Assembly (NCBI GenBank): GCA_964528605.1
Contig: CAZGSV010000007.1
Coordinates: forward strand, 62 to 64,061
Reading direction: 5' to 3'
Source of the DNA: an uncultured Armatimonadia bacterium
GTDB taxonomy: Bacteria > Armatimonadota > Zipacnadia > CAZGSV01
DNA: 64,000 bases
Below, piece after piece: positions 23,794 to 33,393 of the stretch; within the stretch, counting starts at the first letter, position 1; each line of letters starts with the position of its first letter. The translations under genes were made by a program, and so were the position numbers. The notes beneath the pieces were generated by a model. That model did not search any database, was not told the DNA's origin, and saw only the letters and a list, made by a program, of their open reading frames with translations.

Positions 23794-25287
23794 CTACCCT
23801 TGCCCCCGTTGCCTGTCCTCACAAATGCACGCGCCCTCCCAAGCCCAGCACCTCGGGCAAACAGGCACGTTGTCCCCCGCTGGGTAACCCTTAGCCTCCT
23901 CGGGGCCGAGCACCGTGAAGGAAGCCTTGTACGACCGACCCGAGGCCCGACCCGAGACCACAATCGTGTTGCGCGCGGGCACCTTCTGTGCCTGCACCTC
24001 AAACCGGTGCCTCGCGCCCTCCTTCTTCACGGGAGACACTTGCCAGCCCTTCGGCGCCTGCACCTTGGCCGTGCCCTCCACTGACGTTTCTCCCGACCTC
24101 AGGGAAACGCTCCACGTGCGCGCTATCCCCGGCCATAGGACCGGCTCCCCGCCGTAGTGCAGAATCACCTCTAAGTCGCCATCGGCCATCACCGCCGCGT
24201 GTACGTCCTGCGACAGCGCCGCCGTCGCCCCCTCGTTGCGGAACAGCAGCGAGGACACCTCAGGCGGTGTCTTGCTCCTCTGCCCCAGAGCCACCGTATC
24301 GGACCTGTCCGCGAGGCAGCGCTCACCTAGCGCCACCGTCCGCTTCGTCAGTTCCCCAATCGTCTTGGGCGCGTTGAACTTGCCCGTGAACTTGTGCAGC
24401 ACGATGGCCTCGCCTATCGGCTCCACCCACTTCTTGGGGATCGCCTTCGTCCCGCCGCAGATGCCCAGGACGGAACCCAGCGTCGCGCCCGTGCAGTCGG
24501 TGTCGTAGCCGCAGTTCACCGCCTTGCACAGGCGGTCGCCGTAGTCCTTCCCATACAGCCAGCCCAGAATCATGAAACCGTGATTCGGGATCGCGTTGCA
24601 CGGCTGCAAGTGCCCGAACCGCGTTGCGATGCGTTCGCGCGCCTCGGCCCAGCAGAGCCCGTTCTGCCAACACCACATCGCCTCCCGAATCACACGCGAA
24701 ATGTGACTCGGCACCGAAATCATCCGCAGCCCTATCCGGATCAGCGTTGCTGGGTCGTCAATCACGAACGCCGCGCTCTCCACCGCCGCCCAGAACATCT
24801 CCCCGTACATCCCCTCGCCGCCCGCGTGGTCCATCGCGGCGTCATTCCACGCCATCGCTGCGGCCAGTTGCGGATCGCCAGGCGCAATGCACGCCCAGAT
24901 CTCGCTGCGAATCGGCGCTCCCATCTCGTCCACAAAGTAGTTCTCAAAGCATCCGGAAATCGGCGGCATGAGCCCGCGCCCAAGGTTCCTGCGGCAGAAG
25001 CCGTACTCGTTCCACGGATACGCCGACAGGTATCGGACCCAGTACTCGGCGAAATCGGGCAGCCTCGGACGCACTCCCTTGTCCTCAAGCATCTTCAGCC
25101 ACACCAACTGGAGGTCCAGGTCGTCGTTCGCGGCCGCCTCTTTCGGCACGGGGTGGTAGAAGTCCAGGTCGTTCACATACTTCCGCCCCTCATACGGCGC
25201 GCCCAGTGTTCCCCCGATGTTCTTCCCCAGCCAGCAGGCAAAGACCTTGTCCCGATACTCCGCCTTGCTCAATACGATGGCACGCAT
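23794..25287 (-). CDS. ADP-ribosylglycohydrolase family protein with C-terminal extension
   Basis: 'WLGKNIGGTLGAP', 'NDDLD', 'GAPIRSEIW', 'GYDTDCTGAT'. RBS AAGGAGG before ATG 25287. Confidence 0.85.
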   Translation of the reverse strand: MRAIVLSKAEYRDKVFACWLGKNIGGTLGAPYEGRKYVNDLDFYHPVPKEAAANDDLDLQLVWLKMLEDKGVRPRLPDFAEYWVRYLSAYPWNEYGFCRRNLGRGLMPPISGCFENYFVDEMGAPIRSEIWACIAPGDPQLAAAMAWNDAAMDHAGGEGMYGEMFWAAVESAAFVIDDPATLIRIGLRMISVPSHISRVIREAMWCWQNGLCWAEARERIATRFGHLQPCNAIPNHGFMILGWLYGKDYGDRLCKAVNCGYDTDCTGATLGSVLGICGGTKAIPKKWVEPIGEAIVLHKFTGKFNAPKTIGELTKRTVALGERCLADRSDTVALGQRSKTPPEVSSLLFRNEGATAALSQDVHAAVMADGDLEVILHYGGEPVLWPGIARTWSVSLRSGETSVEGTAKVQAPKGWQVSPVKKEGARHRFEVQAQKVPARNTIVVSGRASGRSYKASFTVLGPEEAKGYPAGDNVPVCPRCWAWEGACICEDRQRGQG

Positions 25288-25442
25288 CTCGTATTCCTCC
25301 TTGAACCGCGGCACACTCTATCCGACACCCGCAGGTGCGGCAACTGAAGCCGGTGACGGCGGCTAGCGGAGACTTCGCCACGGCATGCGTGGTAGAGTAG
25401 CAGGCCGTTGGTGGTAGCCCCACTCCGAAGGAGGCCGGCCTC

Positions 25443-26828
25443 ATGAATTGCGTCCTCATCATCGTCGACTCTTGGCGCAAGGACCATTGCGGCTGCTACG
25501 GCAACGAATGGATCCACACTCCCAACCTCGACGCCCTGGCCTCGGAGTCCGTTCTCTTCACCCGCGCCTACCCCGAATCGCTGCCCACTCTTCCCGTCCG
25601 TCGCGCCCTTCAGACCGGCAAGCGCGTTTACCCCTTCCACAGCCACTCGCAGTACAAGGGCGACTTCCAAGGTTCTCCAGGCTGGGGCCCGGTCGAAGAG
25701 GAACTCGACACCATGGCCGAACTCGTGCGCGCCCAGGGCTACCGCACCGCCTTCTTCACGGACACCTACCACCAGTTCAAGCCTTCGAAGAACTTCCACC
25801 GCGGCTTCGACGAGTGGGCCTGGATCCGCGGCCAGGAGCACGACCCCTATCGCTCCGGCCCCCCCGTCTCGGATGAGGAGATCAACAGGCATCTGCCCGC
25901 CGATGCCCGCGTCGCCTGGCGCCGCGAAAGCCACCGCAAGTACCTTATCAACGTCTCCGGCCGCCGAAGCGAAGAGGACTACTTCCCCGCCCAGGTGTTC
26001 CGGGGCGGAGCCGACTGGCTTGCCCGCAACCAGGACGCCGAGCGCTTCTTCCTGGTTCTCGATTCCTTCGATCCCCACGAGCCTTGGGACCCGCCCGTTT
26101 ACTACCGCAAGATGTACGACCCTGACGACGACGTGGCTGACGTCATCTGGAGCAACTACGGCGCGGCGGACGAGTACAGTCCTCGCGAACTACAGCGCAT
26201 GAGAGCCAACTACGCCGGCGAGTGTACCCTCGTGGACCGCTGGCTCGGCCATTTCCTCAACGCCCTCTCGACCTCAGGCCGCCTGGAAGACACCGTGGTT
26301 GCCCTCATCTCCGACCACGGCCACAACCTCGGCGACCACAACCTCACCGGCAAGCAGGGACACCCTCTCACCCGCGCCGTCGCCGACCTCGTCATGATGA
26401 TCCGCCACCCCGGCGCCGAAGCCACGGGCGCCACGTGCGACGCCCTCTGCTACAACTTCGACCTCACCACTACGCTGATGACGATGCTGGGCGAGCAAGT
26501 GCCCGCGCAGATGGAGGGCATTGATCTCTGGCCCGTGGTCCGCGGCGAACGTCCAGGCCGCGACCATGTCACTGTCGCCTGGGGACCTGAGGTCACTCTG
26601 ATAGACGACCGCTGGTGGTGCAACGCCACCTTCTGGGGCGCCAAGCCGCTGCTCTACGACCTCACCCGCGACCCCGACCTCACCACCGACCTCGCGGCCG
26701 AGCATCCCGACCTTGTCGAGCGCGCGGTCGCCACCTTCCACGCCGACGCCGGCGGCGACATCCCCGAATGGCTCCGCAATCAGCCCGGCGCGCCCGGCTG
26801 CACCCCCATCTTGTCCGAGGAGGAGTGA
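25443..26828 (+). CDS. Sulfatase-like hydrolase (alkaline phosphatase superfamily)
   Basis: 'IIVDSWRKDH', 'TPNLDALA', 'PTLPVRRALQTG', 'FDPHEPWDPP', 'SDHG', 'LYDLTRDP'. Confidence 0.85.
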   Translation: MNCVLIIVDSWRKDHCGCYGNEWIHTPNLDALASESVLFTRAYPESLPTLPVRRALQTGKRVYPFHSHSQYKGDFQGSPGWGPVEEELDTMAELVRAQGYRTAFFTDTYHQFKPSKNFHRGFDEWAWIRGQEHDPYRSGPPVSDEEINRHLPADARVAWRRESHRKYLINVSGRRSEEDYFPAQVFRGGADWLARNQDAERFFLVLDSFDPHEPWDPPVYYRKMYDPDDDVADVIWSNYGAADEYSPRELQRMRANYAGECTLVDRWLGHFLNALSTSGRLEDTVVALISDHGHNLGDHNLTGKQGHPLTRAVADLVMMIRHPGAEATGATCDALCYNFDLTTTLMTMLGEQVPAQMEGIDLWPVVRGERPGRDHVTVAWGPEVTLIDDRWWCNATFWGAKPLLYDLTRDPDLTTDLAAEHPDLVERAVATFHADAGGDIPEWLRNQPGAPGCTPILSEEE

Positions 26829-26889
26829 CCCGGCCTCACCTGTCCGGCGGAGACCAAGCCACCCGACTCGCCTAAGGACAGCGCGTCCC

Positions 26890-26915
26890 GTAGGGGCGGC
26901 CCCCCGTAGCCGCCC
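26890..26915 (+). repeat. GTAG-headed REP-like palindrome
   Basis: GTAG-GGGCGGC-CCCCCGTA-GCCGCCC between convergent genes. Confidence 0.55.
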
Positions 26916-26939
26916 GCGCCGCGAGCACCCGAGGCGCCG

Positions 26940-29432
26940 CTACGCGTGCGAGTGCCCGTGCAGTCGGCCCTGCAGTTCGCGGCGTGCCTTGTCGAAGATC
27001 GCCTTCATCTGGCGGTGCCGGTCCTCCTGGTAGCGAACCGAGAGCGTGTCCAGGTAGGTCAGGCCGCCGTCAATCAGCGTCAGCATGTAGGTCGCATCGC
27101 CCGGGCTGAACATCTCCTCGCCGCCCACCACCACGTACACCGGCGAGGTGTGCGCGCCCAGCCGAATCGGCCAGCAGTGGTTCACCCGCAGCCTGCTGCC
27201 GCACCGCGCCGTAATCCAGGAACTCTTCTTCACCGGAACCTTCGCCTTGAGTGTCAGTCTGTTCGCGCCTCTCTCGTCCGCCGCCTTCGCCACCACCTGG
27301 CCGTTCACCACCAGTTCCAACAGGTGTATCGGCCACTGGCACGCAGCCTCGGAGACGACCTCCAGTGTGCCTCCCGTGCTGGGCAGCGAGATCTCGTCCC
27401 CGATGTCATGCCCCTCGGCCTTGAGGGTTATGAGAGGCCCCGAAGTCGTGAAGGTGCGCCCGGCGCGCACCGCCTTCCCCCAGTTCTCAAACGTGAACTC
27501 ATCGTTCGGATCGAGCAACGCGTAGGTGCGCGCCCCCCCCACCGGCATCCCGGCGCTCATCTTGTCCGTCCCGCCTACGGCGGCCACCCGGTAGCCGCAG
27601 TTCAGGTAGCGATACCACTCCCGGTAGCAGAACTCGTCCAACGAGCCCGAGTCTGGGTCTCCGTAGTTGCGCAGTTCCGTCCCGTCCAACTGCCCCAGCA
27701 CGAAGTAGACCGGCTCCTCGCAGATGGGGTGGGGGAAGTGAGGTCGCACCACCACGCCCTCCCGCTTGCGACACGTCTCCGCCCACTCCGTCAGCGTGGT
27801 CACATCGGGATCGCCGATATAGGCTTCGAACGGCCCACCCGCGCACATGGGGAACACCGGATCGCCGTGCGTCCCCAGCATCGAGATGTGGCCCAGCAGA
27901 TGATGGCGGTTCTCCGTGCCGACCCACACGATGGTGTCGTCCCGCGAGCAGCCTGATGCCTCTCCCGTGATGTCAGCCGCGTTCGTGAATAGCCTGCCCC
28001 ACTGCGACGCGAGCAGGTTTATCAGATTCAGCCCCTCCGCCTGTCCCTCCAGCCACGCCGTCTGCGGGCTGATGAAGTGGACGTGCGTGTCAGCGGTCAC
28101 CCAGCCCTGCCGGCGCCAATCCGCCCCGCGCTGCACCCGAATCTCCAGTTCCCGCTGCCCAGGCCTTATCTCCAGCCTGCGCCGCAGCGGCGCGTACTCG
28201 AATCCCTTCGTGATTTCGCAATAGGCCTCTCCCACCGGCAACTCTATCTGGAACCGCCCGGGCACATACGCGTAACTCGTGCCGCCCAGTTGCAGGTCCC
28301 CCGCGTAGTCCTCGAACCACCGATCGTTCACTACCTCGTGGTGCCCATAGGGCGGCAGGTACTCTCCGTGAGAGCCACAGAAATGCACGCGAGTCGGCGT
28401 CGGCTTGCCCGTCGCCTCGTCAACCACCGTGACGTGCAGCCACGTAGTCCGCGGCTGGAGCAACTCCAGTCGCGCCTCTCCCTTCGCGCTCTTCGCCTTC
28501 CCCTTCGCGAACGCCTCGCCGAAAGGAATCTGGTAGGACCTCTTTGCGGCCTTCACGTGCAGCGTGGCGCCCTCGGCGCCGGTTGCGTGCAGCAAGAAGT
28601 CGCGGCTCGGCTTGTCCTGCGCCCGGGGCGTGCCCAGGCCGCGCTCCTCGTCCTGCACCCACTTCTCCCCAATGTTCGCCGGCACTGCATACGCCCGCGT
28701 CACAAAGCCCATGTCCAGCGTCGCCTTGAGTTCCGAGGGCTTCACTTTCCCCGCGGCCGGTAGCACCAGGCGATAGACGCGCCGCGGAACGTGCCGCAAC
28801 GGGTGTCCCGGCCCCTCATACAGCGTCACCCCAAGGACTGCCACGGGCATCTTGCCGCTCGCCCTCAGTGCGATTGCCGCCAACGGCGCCTCTGGACGCG
28901 GGTTCTCCAAAGCGTACACCCAAGTCGCACACGGCACCCATTCCCCGATGATGCCCGTCTGGTACATGCCCCAGGCCTCCGCCGCGAACTTGGGCTCCGG
29001 TATCTGCGGCATGTGGGCCTCCATCGCCGCGTAGGGATACGACCCCCAGTCCACTCGGAACGGGTTGATCTCGAACCGCAGGCGGATCGGCTGCGAGTGC
29101 TCCGTGCCGTCCGCGTATCGCAGCGTGTACTCGGCCAGGCGTTCGCCGACTGCCTCCGGGAATCTCGCGCGGTCACAGAAGTGCAGCACGCACACGTGCG
29201 TGGCCTGGCCCCCCAGGGGAATCACCGCCTCCTTCGCCGCACCCGCGAGCACGATCAGCCCTTTTTTGCTGGCGTCCTTCGGCCCGAGCCGGAAGGGAAT
29301 TCCCCAAAACTGCTGCGAACCGCGGGGCAAGTGCTGCCAGCGCTCGCGCGCCGAAGCGTCCCATCTCCTCGCAACAGGCTTGGCATTGGCGTTGAAGTGA
29401 CGGCTCAGACTGACTGCGCGAAACTTGGGCAT
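26940..29432 (-). CDS. CehA/McbA-type (PHP-like) metallohydrolase with N-terminal beta domains
   Basis: 'WVTADTHVH', 'GTENRH', 'RPHFP', 'WYRYLNCGYR..AVGGTD', 'AVRAGRTFTTSGP'. Confidence 0.75.
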   Translation of the reverse strand: MPKFRAVSLSRHFNANAKPVARRWDASARERWQHLPRGSQQFWGIPFRLGPKDASKKGLIVLAGAAKEAVIPLGGQATHVCVLHFCDRARFPEAVGERLAEYTLRYADGTEHSQPIRLRFEINPFRVDWGSYPYAAMEAHMPQIPEPKFAAEAWGMYQTGIIGEWVPCATWVYALENPRPEAPLAAIALRASGKMPVAVLGVTLYEGPGHPLRHVPRRVYRLVLPAAGKVKPSELKATLDMGFVTRAYAVPANIGEKWVQDEERGLGTPRAQDKPSRDFLLHATGAEGATLHVKAAKRSYQIPFGEAFAKGKAKSAKGEARLELLQPRTTWLHVTVVDEATGKPTPTRVHFCGSHGEYLPPYGHHEVVNDRWFEDYAGDLQLGGTSYAYVPGRFQIELPVGEAYCEITKGFEYAPLRRRLEIRPGQRELEIRVQRGADWRRQGWVTADTHVHFISPQTAWLEGQAEGLNLINLLASQWGRLFTNAADITGEASGCSRDDTIVWVGTENRHHLLGHISMLGTHGDPVFPMCAGGPFEAYIGDPDVTTLTEWAETCRKREGVVVRPHFPHPICEEPVYFVLGQLDGTELRNYGDPDSGSLDEFCYREWYRYLNCGYRVAAVGGTDKMSAGMPVGGARTYALLDPNDEFTFENWGKAVRAGRTFTTSGPLITLKAEGHDIGDEISLPSTGGTLEVVSEAACQWPIHLLELVVNGQVVAKAADERGANRLTLKAKVPVKKSSWITARCGSRLRVNHCWPIRLGAHTSPVYVVVGGEEMFSPGDATYMLTLIDGGLTYLDTLSVRYQEDRHRQMKAIFDKARRELQGRLHGHSHA

Positions 29433-29666
29433 TCCTAGCCCCCCTGTCCAGTGAAGTGGGCGCTGATGACCACGCTTCCTGCGGCCATCGTCTCTCGGGC
29501 CGAAGTATGCACACGTGGACCGCGCATTGGCAACCTCACGCCGACCCGCTCTGCGTACCCTCCGGTTTGCGCCTGTGCCCGGTTAGTGTACCCTTGACAC
29601 CATGGTCGCGCTCGCGCCTGCTCCCAGCGGCCCGGCGACGAGAGTCCGGGCAAAGGAGGGCCTCGC

Positions 29667-30146
29667 ATGACTCCGCTTCGCTCATTCCTCGGGCTAGTAG
29701 TGTGGCTCGCCGTCTGCTTCGGCGCTGCCGCCATCGGCTCGCTCTTCACCGGCGCCTCTGTGGGCAGTTGGTACCAGAGCCTCAAGAGACCGGCCTGGAC
29801 GCCCCCTAACTGGCTCTTCGGCCCCGTCTGGACGCTGCTCTACGCCATGATGGCAGTGGCCGCCTGGCTGGTCTGGCGGCGTGCGGGCCTGGCGGCCGCC
29901 CCACTGCCCATCGCTCTCTTCGCCCTCCAACTCGCCTTCAACGTCGGCTGGTCCGCCCTCTTCTTCGGCCTACACCGGCCCGGCCCCGCCTTCGCCGAGA
30001 TAGTTGCCCTATGGGCGCTCATACTGGCCACGCTGCTCACCTTCTGGCGCGTCAGTGCTCCCGCCGGCGCACTCCTCGTGCCTTACCTCCTTTGGGTCAC
30101 CTTCGCCGCCTGCCTCAACTTCGCCATCTGGCGCATGAACGCCTGA
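29667..30146 (+). CDS. tspO: TspO/MBR family protein
   Basis: 'WYQSLKRPAWTPPNWLFGPVWT', 'LAFNVGWSALFFG', 'LLVPYLLWVTFA..LN'. Confidence 0.93.
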   Translation: MTPLRSFLGLVVWLAVCFGAAAIGSLFTGASVGSWYQSLKRPAWTPPNWLFGPVWTLLYAMMAVAAWLVWRRAGLAAAPLPIALFALQLAFNVGWSALFFGLHRPGPAFAEIVALWALILATLLTFWRVSAPAGALLVPYLLWVTFAACLNFAIWRMNA

Positions 30147-30233
30147 GCCGCGGCGCGACCAACCTCAATATGCCCGTAGTCCGGGCACCTAGTCCTCTCT
30201 GCCAGCGTTACTAGCAGTAGAGGTCCATAAGCA

Positions 30234-32249
30234 ATGCCCCGCCGCTACGACGTCAGGCGCTCGATTCTCCTCCTGCTGGCAGTGGGCCTCGTCACCTGGG
30301 CGGCCTCGTCCCTGAAGCCGTGGCTGGGGCATGACAAGGAGGTCAGCGGCGTGTTCGCATTCGGCGATACCGTGCGCGCACCCGATTTCCCCGCCGGGCT
30401 CGAGTGGCTCAACACCGACCGGCCTCTTTCCCTCTCCGCCCTCCGGGGCAAGGTGGTGCTGCTCGACTTCTGGACTTACTGCTGCATCAACTGCATGCAC
30501 GTCATCCCCGACCTGAAGCGGCTCGAAGCCAAGTACGGGGACGCGCTCGTCGTCATCGGCGTCCACTCCGCCAAGTTTACCGGCGAGAAGGACACCGACA
30601 ACATTCGCCAGGCCATCCTGCGCTACGAGATCGGACACCCGGTCGTCAATGATCGCGACATGGTCGTCTGGAACCTCTACGGCGTCCGCGCCTGGCCTAC
30701 TGCCGTTCTCATTGACCCCACCGGCAAGATCGTCGAGACCAGGCCGGGCGAGGGCGTCTATGAGGCGTTCGACCAGGGGATTGCGCGCCTCATCTCCGAG
30801 TTCGAGGGGAAAGGCCTCGTCTCCAGAGAGCCGCTGAACCTGGTCCTCGAGCGCGAACGCGCGCCCGAAGGAGTGCTGTCCTTTCCCGGCAAGGTGCTGG
30901 CGGACGGATCATCCGGCCGCCTCTTCATCGCCGACTCCAACCACAATCGCATACTCGTCGCCGACCTGGCCACCAGCGCCGTGACGCAGATCGTCGGCAG
31001 CGGAGAGGTCGGCTTGGCGGACGGTCCCTTCGCCCAGGTCCGCCTCAACCACCCACAGGGCATGGCATTCGACGGCGAGAGCCTCTACATTGCCGACACC
31101 GAGAACCATGCCATCCGCAAGGCCAACCTCACCTCCGGCCAACTCACGACCATAGCAGGCACCGGCCGCCAAGCCTCGTTCGTGCGTTCCGGCAGGATAG
31201 GCGCCAAGCCCGACCTGAGTTCGCCCTGGGACGTAACCCTCGTGCAGGGCAAACTCTACGTCGCCATGGCCGCTGTGCATCAGTTGTGGGTCCTCGACCT
31301 GCAAACCGGTGGCATCGGCCCCTACGCCGGCAGCGGCGCCGAGGGCAGGCTCGACGGTCCTTTGATGAGCGCCGCGCTCGCCCAACCGAGCGGCCTCACT
31401 AGCGACGGCCGCCGCCTCTACTTCGCGGACAGCGAAAGCAGTTCCATCCGCTACGCCGACCTTGACCCCAGCGGAAGGGTAGGGACCATCGTCGGCCTCG
31501 ACCTCTTCGAGTTCGGCGACCACGACGGAGTCGGGGACAAGGCGCGGCTCCAGCACCCCTTGGGTGTCGTGAGCCACCGAGGCGTGGTCTACGTGGCGGA
31601 CACCTACAACAACAAGATCAAGCGCATAGACCCGAACACCCGCCGCGCCGAGACCGTCTTCGGCTCGCACCAGGCCGGCTATCGCGACGGCGCCCAAGCG
31701 CTCTTCGACGAGCCGGGAGGCATCTCCGCGGCCGGAGATCTCCTCTACATCGCCGACACCAACAACCACGCCATCCGCGTCGCGGACCTGGTTACTGGAG
31801 AGGTCACCACGCTCGAGTTAACCGGCCTAGGCGCATTGCAGGCCGAGCGGCCGTCGCCGGCGCCGCGCGCGGAGGTCGTAAGGCTTGCACGACAGGTAGT
31901 CGCGCCAGGGGCCGCGAGCCTGGTGGTGAGACTGGTCTTGCCAGAAGGCTACGCACTGACCCCAGGCGCCCCCTCCAAGGTAACCGCCTTCAGCGACAAC
32001 ACTAACGTGGCTGACTTTGGCCAGGGCCTGGACCGTGCGACCGCGCAGGTTGAAGAGCCCACGCTCTCTATCCCGCTTTCACTGAGCGAGGGCAAGGCCA
32101 CGCTTACCCTGGAATTGTCCGTCTACTACTGCCGCGGCGGCCCACAAGGGCTCTGCTTCTTCAAAGACGTCCGCGTGCTCGTCCCACTGGCCGTCGAGGC
32201 AGAGGCGCGACGGAAGAACGTCAGCGTCGAATACAGAGTGCCCGGCTAG
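30234..32249 (+). CDS. Thioredoxin-like + NHL-repeat beta-propeller protein (NHLRC2/SOQ1-like)
   Basis: 'LLDFWTYCCINCMH', 'IGVHSAKF', repeated 'YIADTENHAIR/YVADTYNNKIK/YIADTNNHAIR'; N-terminal TM/signal. Confidence 0.88.
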   Translation: MPRRYDVRRSILLLLAVGLVTWAASSLKPWLGHDKEVSGVFAFGDTVRAPDFPAGLEWLNTDRPLSLSALRGKVVLLDFWTYCCINCMHVIPDLKRLEAKYGDALVVIGVHSAKFTGEKDTDNIRQAILRYEIGHPVVNDRDMVVWNLYGVRAWPTAVLIDPTGKIVETRPGEGVYEAFDQGIARLISEFEGKGLVSREPLNLVLERERAPEGVLSFPGKVLADGSSGRLFIADSNHNRILVADLATSAVTQIVGSGEVGLADGPFAQVRLNHPQGMAFDGESLYIADTENHAIRKANLTSGQLTTIAGTGRQASFVRSGRIGAKPDLSSPWDVTLVQGKLYVAMAAVHQLWVLDLQTGGIGPYAGSGAEGRLDGPLMSAALAQPSGLTSDGRRLYFADSESSSIRYADLDPSGRVGTIVGLDLFEFGDHDGVGDKARLQHPLGVVSHRGVVYVADTYNNKIKRIDPNTRRAETVFGSHQAGYRDGAQALFDEPGGISAAGDLLYIADTNNHAIRVADLVTGEVTTLELTGLGALQAERPSPAPRAEVVRLARQVVAPGAASLVVRLVLPEGYALTPGAPSKVTAFSDNTNVADFGQGLDRATAQVEEPTLSIPLSLSEGKATLTLELSVYYCRGGPQGLCFFKDVRVLVPLAVEAEARRKNVSVEYRVPG

Positions 32250-32301
32250 CCGTGACAGCAGGCGAGCGCCGGCCCTGTCCCCGGCGCCGCCTCGCGCCTC
32301 G

Positions 32302-33336
32302 TCACTCCTCCGCCGAGATTATGCCGGCCGCCCGCGCGCGCCAGTAACACCAGAGGAACCAGTCCTTCTCTATGCCGCTCTTGCCCTCGATGGTCCACTC
32401 TTGCAGGTACTGGCGCACCTTGTCCTCGCCGCCGAGACCAAGCACCGCCGTGCACAGGTGGCTGTGGAAGGTCGTGTCGGGCGCGGCCGCCATCTCAAAC
32501 AGCCCCTCCCTCAGTGCCTCGCGCCGGCGCGGGTCCCTGTCGTACTTGATGAGCAGTTCAAACTCAGGCGCGGCCAACTCCCAGTCATAGGCCGCAGCCC
32601 AAGCCCGCCGCTCCACTCCTAGCCTGTGACAGTGTACCGCTTGGTAGAAGTACTCCTCATCGCGCACATACTCATCGTACGCGTCCGCGAAGCGCTCGTC
32701 GCACGCGTACAACTCCCCGCGCTTGAGGTATCCCAAGCCGTGCAAGCAGAAGAGCGGCTCCTTTGGCGTGGCTCGCGAGCAGTCACCCCAGGTCGTCGTC
32801 GTGCCGTCCGCGTACACGATGCGCATCCCATGGTCGAGCATGCGTCCCAACGCCCGCCGCAACGCCCCGGCTGCCCGCCGCCGATGCTCCCCCTCCGCGC
32901 ACAGCGCGATGTACTCCCCAAGGGTGTGCAGGTAGTAAGTCATCTCGTCAGTACTTAGGTTGTCTTGCCAGCGGTAGAAGCGGCACTGGTGCCACTTGTC
33001 CTCCAGCCAACCCGCCTCGTCGTGCCCTGGCCCTTGCATGAACTTGTACTGCCGGCATGTCATCCCGGGCACCCCGGCCACCTGCTCCAGCATCTCAACC
33101 GCGGCCGCGATCTGATGCGCCCGCTGGCGAGCCGCCAGATCGCCCGTCGCGGTCCACTTGTTGACCATTGAGGACATCACGATGGCCGTATAGGACCCGG
33201 CGTTCTCGTTCGTGTAGCGCACCTTGCCCGTCGGGTCCGCCTTCTGCGAGATCAGCAGCCCATCCTGAAAATGAAACTGGAAGATCTCCTGCTCACACTC
33301 TTGCGCCTTCTGTGCCACTGTCATTGCGTCCATCAC
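32302..33336 (-). CDS. Uncharacterised protein, paralog 1 of tandem triplet A
   Basis: 344 aa; shares 'QDGL', 'RYTNEN', 'STDEMT', 'WGDCS', 'YDWELAAP', 'ARAAGI' with the next two genes. Confidence 0.7.
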   Translation of the reverse strand: MMDAMTVAQKAQECEQEIFQFHFQDGLLISQKADPTGKVRYTNENAGSYTAIVMSSMVNKWTATGDLAARQRAHQIAAAVEMLEQVAGVPGMTCRQYKFMQGPGHDEAGWLEDKWHQCRFYRWQDNLSTDEMTYYLHTLGEYIALCAEGEHRRRAAGALRRALGRMLDHGMRIVYADGTTTTWGDCSRATPKEPLFCLHGLGYLKRGELYACDERFADAYDEYVRDEEYFYQAVHCHRLGVERRAWAAAYDWELAAPEFELLIKYDRDPRRREALREGLFEMAAAPDTTFHSHLCTAVLGLGGEDKVRQYLQEWTIEGKSGIEKDWFLWCYWRARAAGIISAEE

Positions 33337-33393
33337 CTCTTCACTCTCCGCAGTTCAACTTGACCGGGGCCCGTCATCCAGGCCGCCTCGAAT

